This document shows positions 1 through 10,727 of a stretch of DNA of 64,000 bases, piece after piece. Each line of letters opens with the position of its first letter. Positions within the stretch are counted from its first letter, which is position 1. This stretch comes from an uncultured Actinomycetota bacterium (GTDB lineage: Bacteria; Actinomycetota; Actinomycetes; Mycobacteriales; Mycobacteriaceae), in the NCBI GenBank assembly GCA_963805835.1, contig CAWDVX010000028.1, positions 1,378 to 65,377 of the forward strand, in the 5' to 3' direction. Made by a program: the position numbers and the translations under genes. The notes under the pieces are model-generated. The model saw only the letters and a list, made by a program, of their open reading frames with translations, was not told the DNA's origin and ran no database searches.

Positions 1-3000
1 GTGTGGGGCCGTCGTGAACGGGGTTGGAATGCGGCCTCGCCCTCGAGGTGTAGCGCTTGACCAGCCTGGAGATCCAGCTCTGCGAGACCCCGTAGTCACG
101 GGCGACCTGGGACTGGCGCGACCCTCGACGAGACGGCGGTGATGACCAGGCGAGCCTTCGACACCAGCCGAAACTGGCCGATCACCTATTCCGATGTCTT
201 GAGACACCCTATTCCTATGTCCTGAAACACCACACTGCCGGGGGGACTTTGTTATCGCGACCTCGGTGAGATCCACGTTTTGCAGAAGTGTGCCAGAGAC
301 CCGGCCGAGGCGGCGCGGCTCGCGACGGTCGACGAACAAGTCAGGCTTTCCACGGCGGGCTCGCGACGGCCATCGGCATGAGCAAGAGCGGGCTGTACGC
401 GCACTCCCGTTCGAACGAAGAACTCCAGCTGGCGACGATCGCGTCGGCGGGAGACCTTGGTCGCCGAGGTGTTCTTGCCGGCCCTCGACGCGCCGCGAGG
501 CATCCGGCTACTACACGCAGCCTGCGATGCGTTCCTGTCCCACATCTAATAAAAGGTGGTGCCCGGCGGACGCTTCTTCGCGGAAGCAGCCGCCGCCATC
601 GGCCCGCGACGAGGGCCGGTCTTGCAATCCGCTGCCTCAAACCCGGCTCACTCACGACGTCAAAAACCCAGCTGGACGGCGGACGATGGACCTGCCAGCA
701 CGCAGCGACTGCAGCCGCCAGATCGCCGGTTGGAGCCCGACCGGCCGGTAGCCCGGCGTCGCATGATAGCGGTGTAGCATCATCGGTGTTGAGTCCGTTG
801 CTGAAAGGGGACAGCAATGCACTGGGTCCCGTGCCTTATCAGAGGCGCACACGTAATTGTGGGATCTGCGCCTTGAGCTAAATCGGACCGCGTCGACGCA
901 TATTCATTGACCACACTGTGCATCTTCGCCGTGCGCTCCGGCCGGGTCGGTTTGCAATACTTAGCGGTTCGGGGAGACGGTGTTCGCATCCATGGCTGAA
1001 GACGATCAGCTGCGCCAGCCGACGCAAGGATCCGCCGTCCGAAGAGGTTCTGAGCCTAACGGGTCACTCAACGTGCGCCGAACGGCGCTCAGTCTGATCA
1101 CCTTGTTCCAGCCCCGGCTGGCCGACTCGGCCATCCTCGTCATTTCTGACGGTGTTACCGGCGGGCTGGAGCTGTTCGGAGGCAGTGACGCCGGTTTCCG
1201 CGCTGTCGTCGAGCGCGATTCTGTTGCGGGGCCAGGGTTGTGCGGAAACCCGTGGACGGGCGGGACCGCAACTTCGCGTCTCCGCCGACTCCCCCTACCA
1301 GCTGTCCGGCATGCCCCTCAGCGACGGCGCTCGTCGCCGAGGCAGCCGACCTGCGCCCCTAAAGCGTATTGGTTTGGCCCACGGCGCGCTGAACACCCGG
1401 GGTAACAGGCGCGGGCCTGAGGCTTTGGACGTGGCTTCGATGATGACGAGATTGCCTTCGCCGAGCACATCGCTGCCCGCGGTGCGCTGGCCCTCGCTTC
1501 CGCGCGGATTTCCGAGGAACGCAGCCTCATTGCCACAGAGCTTCTGCACCCCGCGCGCCCACGCACATTGGCCTAGATCCAGGGGGAACCCTTGGCTGCG
1601 AGCTACCGGCCCGCCGCAGAGCACCTCGATATCGGCTCTTTCCTTGCGTCTTCTACGACGTCCACGGTCGGGTGACGACTGGCTCATCTCGCTCGGCGAT
1701 GTGTCCGGCAAAAGGTGTTGAAATAGACAGGGGTGACCGACCGCGCTAGACAAAGCATCCGCATGCTGCAGCGCATTTCGACCGCAGCCCCACCGCAAGT
1801 CTCGGCGCGCTCAACAGCGTATTCTACGATGCGGATTTCTACTGCTTACCCAAACATCTTCGCACGGATGCGCAGCGCGCCGCAATGGAAGCCACGCGGA
1901 GATCGAGTTGGCTGTGGCCGGTCATCAGGTGCCAATAGTGCTACGCGCGAACGGACGGGTGCAGCGAGTCGACGTCTCAGGAATAGAATTGGGATCCTGC
2001 TCCCGACGCGCGCTATCAAGCGGCAGCGGTTCGACTGGATCGCGGCGACGCCATGCTGATGTTCAGCGACGGGATCGACAGGCCTATGGTGAGGACGGGC
2101 TCTCACGGCGTGGAGCGGCTGACGGCGTTCCTGCCTCCCTACGCCGGAGCTTCACCGGAGGTGATCTGCGAGGCCGTCGAACAGAGCGTCGTCGGAGGAC
2201 ACTCGACGGTCGCAGCCATGGGGACATCGCGCTGCTGGCCATCTCTTGCGGGACACACCGAGGACGTGCTGGCAAGCTACTGAGAGCGCAGCCGCGTCGG
2301 GCGACCACGCAGAAACCACCGCGTTGATCAACGAGACAAGTTTTCCGCTGGTGCTCAACCCGTCACCGTGCTGACCGACGTCATCGCTTCGGCACAACGT
2401 GCTGTCGGCGCCCGATGGGCACGTGGCGAATGGACCGTGGCCCAGGAGCACGCGGCGACCGCGATGGCCATTGCCGCGACGAAGGCGGTAATAATTATGT
2501 CCCGCCAGTCACCTGCCGATCCCTGCGGGCGACTCGTCGTGGCGTGTCCGGAACGGGAAAGTCGCACGGCCTTCCATTGATGATCCTCGCCTGCGCCTTG
2601 AGTGCTCACGGCTGGGACACAACCCTGCTCTTGTGCATCGATGTTAGCCTCGCGGACTGAACCAGTACATCCTAAACTTCGGACCCCGTGAACTGCTCAA
2701 TGCTTCGGAGCCCTACCTGTGACCAGGCGACTGGCTATCGAGGCAAGTACCCCAGCGGGAGTGCCGGTGGTCGTGCGGGGTGAGGCACGGTGTTGACGAT
2801 GTAGGCCGCCGACAGCCCCGGGTGCGACGGCATGGGCTCGGGACGCGCAAAGGTGCAGTCACAGCGGTGGAGGGGCTCCCGGCAGTCGTGTCTCCGGCTC
2901 CGCCCCTGCCGGAGGGGGCCGGCGAGCGAACAGGCAGCGTTGGAACTTGATCACCGTCGGCTGTTCGCGCTGCTGCGGGAGCGGTGGTCGCTGACCGCCG

Positions 3001-3904
3001 CGGTCCTCGCCGCGAGCGAGGCCCCGTCCGCCCTATCCCTGACCGATGCCGAGGACGTGCTGACTTGGCGTTGCACGCCGTGTCGGCGGCACTACTAACG
3101 TGCGACGCGCGCCCCGTGGCCGAGACTTTCACGTGGATAGCCGGATTCCTGATGCAGAACCGTCGTGTGGACATCACGCGCGCTGCGTCTTCGGGGACTA
3201 CCCGCGGGCCCGGGGACTCGTATTGCAACACTTTGTAGTTGGTCTCCGCCTTATGTTGGTGCCGAATCTGAACAGGGGCACTCTGTGTGTGCAGCGGACC
3301 GGTGATCGGTCACACCTGCAGTTGGTCGCTTGCTGGCTTATACTTTTAAATGGCGCTTCCCTCGTCCAGGCCTCCGTGGGGGCGGTGGTAGTTGTAGTCG
3401 TCCTCCCATTCTGTGAGCTTGTCGTTGAACACCTTGGCGTCGTCGATGACCACGCCGGAGAGTGTTGGGTGTTGATGCGGTGCGAGCGCTCACCTTGCCC
3501 ATTCAGCCGTGGTGTACGCGGCTTGATAGAAGACATGCTGCATGCCTTTGTTGAGCACATGCCAATGGAAGCTCGACTGGGACTCAGCGCCGTTGTCGGT
3601 TTCTCATGTCTAAATTGCTAAACGGGAGTCGTCTCCGCCCGACACAATCTCGATGAACTGGATCGCAGCCTTCTGATTGTTGTGTGGATAGATCCGTAGG
3701 ACACGTAGGCGGGTGCAGTCGTCTATTGTGGTGAACTGGTAGCGGTTCTTGCGAGTGCCCGGTAGCGGTTCGATGAACTTCACTAATCGGCCTGGATGCG
3801 GTGGCCTGGGCGCTGTTTCTCGTAGCGTTTCCACCGACTGGTGGTGGCGTTTGTGGCGTTGCGAGGCCGGCAACCGGTTCATATCGAGGCGTTTGAGGAT
3901 GCGC
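1..3904. repeat. Left arm of a ~3.9 kb inverted repeat; degraded reverse complement of 3942-7875 (probable fold-back artefact)
   Basis: 181-260 is the reverse complement of ~7610-7690. Broken copies of the TetR, PP2C, B12-binding and IS481 sequences occur in mirror order. The arms meet at gtttgaggatgcgc (3891-3904) and gcgcatcctcaaac (3942-3955). Confidence 0.9.
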
Positions 3905-3941
3905 TACTCACGGGACGTGGAGATCAGCCGTCCGGCGTGTG

Positions 3942-4575
3942 GCGCATCCTCAAACGTCTCGACATGAACCGGTTGCCAGCCTCGCAGCGTACAAACGCCA
4001 CGACCGTCGCTGGAAGCGCTACGAGAAACAGCTCCCCGGCCACCGGATCCAGGTCGACGTGAAGTTCATCGAACCCCTGGCCAGCAGCGAGACCGGGCGG
4101 CCGCCGCAAGAAGCGCTACTACCAGTTCACCGCGATCGACGACTGCACCCGCATCCGCGTGCTACGCATCTACGAGCGCAACACGCAGAAGTCCGCGATC
4201 CAGTTCATCGATTATGTGCTGGCCAAGCTGCCGTTCCAGGTTGAGGACGTCCAGACCGACAACGGCTCGGAGTTCCAGGGCGGCTTCCACTGGCACCTGC
4301 TCGACCAAGGCATCGGCCACACCTACATCAAGCCCAAGACCCCGCGGCTGAACGGCAAGGTCGAGCGCTCGCACCGCATCGACGCCGAAGAGTTCTACCG
4401 CCTCCTCGACGGCGTGGTGATCGACGACGCCAAGGTGTTCAACGACAAGCTCCAAGAATGGGAGGACGACTACAACTACCACCGCCCCCACGGAGGCCTC
4501 AACGGCCAAACGCCGTATGAAAGACTCGCCAGAAAACAACCGACTCAGGTGTGACTGATCACCGTCAGCTGCACA
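3942..4575 (+). mobile_element. IS481-family element, 3' half only (rve integrase-core transposase, frameshifted)
   Basis: Translation gives RYEKQLPGHRIQVDVKF, YQFTAIDDCTR, VQTDNGSEF, TPRLNGKVERSHR and YNYHRPHGGL. The end reads gtgactgatcaccgtcagctgcACA, the typical ACA-3' terminus. Confidence 0.85.
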
Positions 4576-4609
4576 CACAGAGTGCCCCTGTTCAGATTGG
4601 GCCACCGCA

Positions 4610-5613
4610 TCAGGCGAGACCGTCTGCAAAGTGTTGCAATACGAGTCCCCGGGCCTGTGGGTAGTCCCGAAGCGCGGCGGCGAGTAACTCACCCAGCTCA
4701 CGAACCCGCGTGATGTCCACACGACGGTTCTGCATCAGATCGGCTATCCACGTGAAAGTCTCGGCCACGGGGCGCGCATCGCACGTTAGTAGTGCCGCCG
4801 ACACGGCGTGCAACGCCAAGTTCAGCACGTCCTCGGCATCGGTCAGGGATAGGGCGGACGGGGCCTCGCTCGCGGCGAGGACCGCGGCGGTCAGCGACCA
4901 CCGCTCCCGCAGCAGCGCGAACAGCCGACGGTGATCAAGTTCCAACGCTGCCTGTTCGCTGGCCGGCCCCTCCGGCAGGGGCGGAGCCGGAGACACGACT
5001 GCCGGGAGCCCCTCCACCGCTGTGACTGCACCTTCAGCATCCCGGGCCCATGCCGTCGCACCCAGCGCCATGGCACGTACATCGTCAACACCGAATGCCG
5101 CGCCGCCCACGACCACCGGCACTCCCGCTGCGGTACTTGCCTCGATGAGTCGCCTGGTCGCGGGTAGGGCTCCGAGCATTGAGCAGCTCACGGCGACCGC
5201 GTCGGGTCCGAGGTCGTGGATGTACTGGTTCAGTCGCAAGGCTGACGTCGATGCACCGAGCAGGGTTGTGTCCCAGCCGTGAGCACTCAAGGCGCAGGCG
5301 ATGATCATCGATGGAAGGGCGTGCCATTCCCGTTCCGGACACGCCACGACGAGTCGCCCGCGGGTGGCCGGTGACTGGCGGACATAATTCATTACCGCCT
5401 TCGTCGCGGCAATGGCCATCGCGGTCGCCGCGTGCTCCTGGGCCACGGTCCATTCGCCACGTGCCCATCGGGCGCCGACAGCACGTTGTGCCGAAGCGAT
5501 GACGTCGGTCAGCACGGTGACGGGTTGAGCACCAGCGGAAAGCATCTCGTTGATCAACGCGGTGGTTACTGCGGTGTCGCCCGAGGCGGCTGCGGTCTGT
5601 AGCTTGCGAGCAC
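4610..5613 (-). CDS. Cobalamin (B12)-binding protein, CarH/AerR-type cap plus Rossmann domain, with C-terminal helical domain (photocobilin-like); probable frameshift near the N-terminus
   Basis: W-x9-EH cap motif (WARGEWTVAQEH), EWH lower-ligand motif, LLGAS, AVSCS and VVVGG. No MerR HTH. ORF 4610-5557 extends to a GTG at ~5613 across one indel. Confidence 0.8.
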
Positions 5614-5620
5614 GTCAGAC

Positions 5621-6883
5621 CTATGTCCCGCAAGAGATGGCCAGCAGCGCGATGTCGTCATGGCTGCGACCGTCGATGTACTCGACGACGCTCTGTTCGA
5701 CGGCCTCGCAGATCACCTCCGGTGAAGCTCCGGCGTAGGGAGGCAGGAACGCCAGTCAGCCGCTCCACGCCGTAGAGCCCGTCCTCACCGTGGCCTCATC
5801 GATCCCGTCGCTGAACATCAGCATGGCGTCGCCGCGATCCAGTCGAACCGCTGCCGCTTGATAGCGCGCGTCGGGAGTAGGCCCGATCGCTATGCCTGAG
5901 ACGTCGACTCGCTGCACCCGTCCGTTCGCGCGTAGCACTATTGGCGCCTGATGACCGGCCACAGCCAACTCGATCTCCGCGTGGCTTCCATCGGGCGCGC
6001 TGCGCATCCGTGCGAAGATGGCGGTCACGAAGCGGTCGAAATCCGCATCGTAGAATACGCTGTTGAGCGCGCCGAGAACTGCGGTGGGGCTGCGGTCGAA
6101 ATGCGCTGCAGTGCGGATGCTTTGTCTAGCGCGGTCGGTCAGTACTGCTGCTTCGACGCCTTTTCCGGACACATCGCCGAGCGAGATGAGCCAGTCGTCA
6201 CCCGACCCGTGGACGTCGTAGAAGTCGCCGCCGATATCGAGGTGCTCTGCGGCGGGCCGGTAGCTCGCGGCCAGGCGTACCCCGGGGATCTCGGGCAGTG
6301 TGCGTGGGCGCACGGGGTGCAGAAGCTCTGTGGCAATGAGGCTGCGTTCCTCGGAAATCCGCGCGGAAGCGAGGGCCAGCGCACCGCGGGCAGCGATGTG
6401 CTCGGCGAAGGCAATCTCGTCATCATCGAAGCTTCGTCCAAAGCCTCGGGCGATAACCAGTGCCCCCAGGGTGGTTCCGCGCGCAGTAAGGCCGAGACCA
6501 AGCACGGTTACGGGGCGCAGTTCGGCTGCCTCGGCGACGAGCGCCCGGTGGGGAACCATGCCGGACAGCTCGTCGGTGGAGTCGGCGGAGACGCGAAGTT
6601 CGGTGCGGCCCGTCCGCAGGACTCGGTCCAACCCTGGCCCCGCAACAGAATCGCGCTCGACGACAGCGCGGAAACCGGCGTCACTGCCTCCGAACAGCTC
6701 CAGCCCGCCGGTAACACCGTCAGAAATGACGAGGATGGCCCAGTCGGCCAGCCGGGGCTGGAACAAGGTGATCAGACTGAGCGCCGTTCGGCGCACGTTG
6801 AGTGAACCCGTTAGGCTCAGAACCTCTTCGGACAGCAGAGTGCTAGCGTCGGCTAGCGCCAGCTGATCAATCTCTGCGGCCAT
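5621..6883 (-). CDS. GAF-domain plus PP2C (SpoIIE/RsbU-type) Ser/Thr phosphatase; frameshift at ~5755-5790
   Basis: GAF-like region (LADWA...LGALVIAR...FDDDEIAFAEHIAARGALAL). PP2C motifs IGGDFYDV, LGDVSGKG, AVAGH and FSDGIDE; after the shift, LYGVERL...HDDIALLAISCGT* with stop at 5621. Confidence 0.85.
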
Positions 6884-7099
6884 CAAATCAACTCCGTCTC
6901 CGAACCGCTAAGTATTGCAAACCGACCCGGCCGGAGCGCACGGCGAAGATGCGCCGTGTGGTCAATGAATATGCGTCGGCGCGGTCCGATTTAGCTCAAG
7001 GCGCAGATCCCGCGACGCGTGTGCACTCTGATAAGGCACGGGACCCAGTGCATTGCTGTCCCCTTTCAGCAACGGACTCAACACCGATGATGCTACACC

Positions 7100-7570
7100 G
7101 CTATCATGCGACGCCGGGCTACCGGCCGGTCGCTCGACCGGCGATCTGGCGGCTGCAGTCAGTGCGTGCTGGCAGGTCCATCCGTCGCCGTCCAGCTGGG
7201 TTTTTGACGTCGTGAGAGGGCCGGGGTTGAGGCAGCGGATTAGACCGGCCCTCGTCGCGGGCCGATGGCGGCGGCTGCTACCGCGAAGAAGCATCCGCCG
7301 GGAAACACCCCGCGCTCGATGTGGGACAGGAACGCATCGCAGGCTGCGTGTAGTAGCCGGATGCCTCGCGGCGCGTCGAGGGCCGGCAAGAACACCTCGG
7401 CGACCAAGGTCTCCCGCCGACGCGATCGTCGCCAGCTGGAGTTCTTCATTCGAGCCGAAGTGCGCGTACAGCCCGCTCTTGCTCATGCCGATGGCCGTCG
7501 CGAGCCCGCAGATGGAAAGCCCGTCGAGTTCGTCGACCGTCGCGAGCCGCGCCGCCTCAGCAGGCGTCTA
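7100..7570 (-). pseudogene. TetR/AcrR-family regulator, disrupted
   Basis: HTH GLSICGLATAIGMSKSGLYAHFGSNEEL, then in another frame FLSHIERGVFPGGCFF, followed by an early stop. No clear start; boundaries approximate. Confidence 0.7.
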
Positions 7571-7637
7571 CTCGCACAGCTTCTGCAAAACGTGGATCTC
7601 ACGACCCGAGGTCGCAATAACAAAGTCCCCCCGGCAG

Positions 7638-8936
7638 TGTGGTGTTTCAGGACATCGGAATGGGGTGTCTCAAGACATCGGAATAGGTGAATCGGCCAGT
7701 TTCAGCTGGTGTCGAAGGCTCGCCTGGTCATCACCGCCGTTGTTATCGAGGGTCGCAATCAGTCGCAGGTTGCCCGCGACTACGGGGTCTCTCAGAGCTG
7801 GATATCGAGACTGATGGCTCGCTATCGCAACGAGGGAGAGGCCGCGTTCGAACCCCGCTCCCGACGACCCCACACCAGCCCCGACGGCTACCCCAGACCA
7901 CCATCGACCTGATCCTCACGCTGCGCCATTCCCTGGCCGGCAAAGGTCTTGACGCCGGACCACACACCATCGCCTGGCACCTACAACACCATCACCGGTT
8001 GCGTGTCTCACCGGCTTCGATCAGCCGCCACCTCCACCGCGCCGACCTGGTCGAACCCACCCCGCAGAAACGACCCAAATCGTCTTGCATCCGGTTCGCT
8101 GCCGAGCAACCCAACGAACGCTGGCAAGCCGACTTCACCCACTGGCGCCTGGCCCACGGCACCCACGTCGAAATCCTGTGCTGGCTCGACGACTGCTCAC
8201 GCCTGGCCATCTCGGTCACCGCCCACCGACGCGTCACCGGCACGATCGTCGTCAACGAGTTCACCAAAGCCGCTGCCCAACATGGCATCCCATACTCCAC
8301 ACTCACCGACAACGGGATGGTCTTCACCACCCGATTCGCCGGCGGCAAAGGAGGACGCAACGAATTCGAAGCAGAACTACACCGCCACGACGTCGCGCAG
8401 AATGAACTCACGCCCCAGCCACCCCACGACATGCGGGAAGGCCGAACGATTCCACCAAACGCTGAAGAAATGGCTCACCGCCCAACCCCGCGCCACCACC
8501 ATCGCCGAACTCCAAACCCAGATCGACGCCTTCCCCGACGAATACAACCACCGCCGACCCCACCGCTCACTGCCCCACCGAGCCACCCCCGCGGGCATCT
8601 ACACCGCCGCCCAAAGCCGACCCCAGCAACCCGACATCGACCCCCACGACCGAGTCCGCACCGACCGCGTCGACCAAGCCGGATCAGTCACCCTGCGCGT
8701 CAACGGCCGCCTGCACCACATCGGCATCGGCCGCCCACTCACCGAACCCGCGTCCTGATCCTCGTCCAAGACCTCCACATCCAGTCATCAACGCCGCCAC
8801 CGGAGAACTCCTGCGCGAACTCACCCTCGACCCCACCAGGGACTACCAACCCACCGGCGCCCCCAAAGGCCCCAAACGGAAAAAACCGCAGACCTAAAGT
8901 AGGTCCACGGCTATTCCGATGTCTTGCGACATCACA
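7638..8936 (+). mobile_element. IS481-family insertion sequence, full length
   Basis: Imperfect terminal inverted repeats TGTGGTGTTTCAGGACATCGGAATGG and (reverse complement) TGTGATGTCGCAAGACATCGGAATAG. Second internal copy of the motif at ~7666-7687. Flanked by a 13/15 direct repeat (7623-7637, 8937-8951). Confidence 0.9.
7709..8897 (+). CDS. IS481-family transposase (several frameshifts)
   Basis: MSKARLVITAVVIEGRNQSQVARDYGVSQSWISRL HTH, RFAAEQPNERWQADF, WLDDCSR, TLTDNG, TTCGKAERFHQTLKKWL and YNHRRPHRSL across frames. End approximate. Confidence 0.85.
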
Positions 8937-8939
8937 GAG

Positions 8940-9012
8940 TGCCCCCGGCAGGATTCGAACCTGCGACACCGGCTTTAGGAGAGCCGTGCTCTATCCCCTG
9001 AGCTACGGGGGC
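8940..9012 (-). tRNA. tRNA-Arg (anticodon CCT)
   Basis: GCCCCCG TA GCTC AGGGGATA GAGC A CGGCT CT-CCT-AA AGCCG GTGTC GCAGG TTCGAAT CCTGC CGGGGGC A forms a complete cloverleaf. Confidence 0.97.
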
Positions 9013-9138
9013 TGACCGGTGGCAGCTTACCGGTCGCGGCGCCAGCTCCCGCTCGGCCGGCACTCGGTTTTGGCAATTTTGACAAAACTTCGCGCGAACC
9101 GGCCCGAGCAGCGGCGATCGGCCAGTAGCCTGCGAGCC

Positions 9139-9861
9139 GTGGAGCTGAAGTTGCAGCGCGTCGGCGCATGGTGCTGGAACAGCATGATTCTTCTTTACGG
9201 CGCCTCGCTTTTCGGGTATCGCGAAACTGTTCCCGCCGCTGTCCCCGACGGCCTCACCCGACGAGATCGCGACGTTCTTCGTCGACAACAAGCTGTGGGT
9301 GCGCTTCGGCGTCGCAGGCGCGATGCTGACCGCGACGATCGCGCTGCCTTTCCTCGCGGCGTTCGTGCTGCGCCTCCGCCGGGCCGAAGGGCGATTGGGG
9401 CATGTTGTCGATGACCCAGCTGTTCGCCGCCACGATCTTCGTTCCGGCGCTGCTGTTCTCCCATGCTGCTTCTCGGCCGCCGCCGCATTCGGGCCCGAAC
9501 AGCGTCCACCGGAGATCACCCAGGCGCTCAACGACGTGTTCTGGCTGTGGTTCATCGGCATCGTCGGCACCATCGTCATCCAGAACATCACGCTGGCGAT
9601 CGCGTCCTTCACCGACAAGGCCGACCCGCCGACCTTCCCGCGCTGGTACGGATATCCTCAACCTCTGGGTGGCGATGCTTTCCTGCCGGGCTGCGTCGTC
9701 GTCGTGTTCAACGACGGGCCGTTGGCGTGGAACGGGGTGTTCGCCTTCTACATCCCCGGATCTCGTTCTGGTGGTCTGGTTGTTCGCCACCACCTTCGTG
9801 CATGCTGAAGTCCATCAAGGCGCAGGAAGCCGCCGAGAGTCAGCTGGCCGCAGCGTCGTGA
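9139..9861 (+). CDS. Multi-pass membrane protein, hypothetical (several frameshifts)
   Basis: Hydrophobic segments stitched from three frames: LFPPLSPTASPDEIATFF, RPPEITQALNDVFWLWF, FPRWYGY, GPLAWNGVFAFYIP. Stop overlaps the next GTG. Start approximate. Confidence 0.6.
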
Positions 9862-10448
9862 CGGCGGCGTCGACGGTGCCGGGCGAACCATCCGCCCGGC
9901 GGATCCCCGGCGAGTCCGGCACGTGGGTGTTCCTGTTCGGCGACATGCTGGTGTTCGGCGTTTTCTTCGTCACCTTCATGGTGGAGCGGGCGAAGGCGCC
10001 CGAGGTGTTCGACGTCGCCCGGACGTCGCTGCACATCGGCGTCGGCGTGACCAACACCCTGGTGCTGCTCACCAGCTCGCTGTGTGTCGTGGTCGCCCTC
10101 GGCGCCATCCGCGCCGGCGCGAAAGCCATTGCCACCAAAGCTGTTTGCGCCGCAATCGCGTGCGGTCTGGTGTTCATCGGCCTCAAGGTTTTCGAGTACG
10201 TCGCGCTGGCCGCCGGCGGCCACGGCCCCGGCGCCAACCACTTCTTCCTCTACTACTTCATCCTGACCGGACTGCATCTGTTCCACGTGTGCATCGGCAT
10301 CGGCGTGCTGGCGTTCCTGCTGACGCAGACCCGCCGTTCCGAACTCAGCGCCACCCGGATGGCGCTCGTCGAGGGCGGCGCGTGCTTCTGGCACCTGGTG
10401 GACCTGCTGTGGATCTTCCTGTTCGCACTGCTGTATCTGGTGAGCTGA
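9858..10448 (+). CDS. Cytochrome c oxidase subunit III-family (NorE-like) protein
   Basis: GTWVFLFGDMLVF, NTLVLLTSS, YFILTGLHLFHV, FWHLVDLLWIFLFALLY. Confidence 0.85.
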   Translation: MTAASTVPGEPSARRIPGESGTWVFLFGDMLVFGVFFVTFMVERAKAPEVFDVARTSLHIGVGVTNTLVLLTSSLCVVVALGAIRAGAKAIATKAVCAAIACGLVFIGLKVFEYVALAAGGHGPGANHFFLYYFILTGLHLFHVCIGIGVLAFLLTQTRRSELSATRMALVEGGACFWHLVDLLWIFLFALLYLVS

Positions 10449-10727
10449 TGAAGGGGCCTTCGGTGTTCGAGCTGGTGCGCAACCGGGCGGGCTTCTCCTG
10501 GCTGGTGCTCGTGGCGGCGACGGTCGTCTCGTGGGCCGTCGGCGCCGAACACGGCACCGGCTCCGATGGTGGCGGTCGTCGTGCTGGCCATCGCAGCGAT
10601 CAAGGTGCGTCTCGTCGGCCTGGACTTCATGGAACTGCGCCACGCGCCGATACCGCTGCGCGTGATGTTCGAGGCCTACTGCTTCGGCGTCTGGGCAGTG
10701 TTGTCGGGCCTCTACCTCTGGCTGTAG
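10448..10727 (+). CDS. Cytochrome c oxidase subunit IV-family small membrane protein (frameshift ~10565)
   Basis: WLVLVAATVVSW...AIKVRLVGLDFMELRHAP. Confidence 0.75.

Noticed and set aside
252-3900. Many ORFs in the first 3.9 kb as novel genes
   Set aside because: They are broken mirror copies of the genes at 3942-7875.
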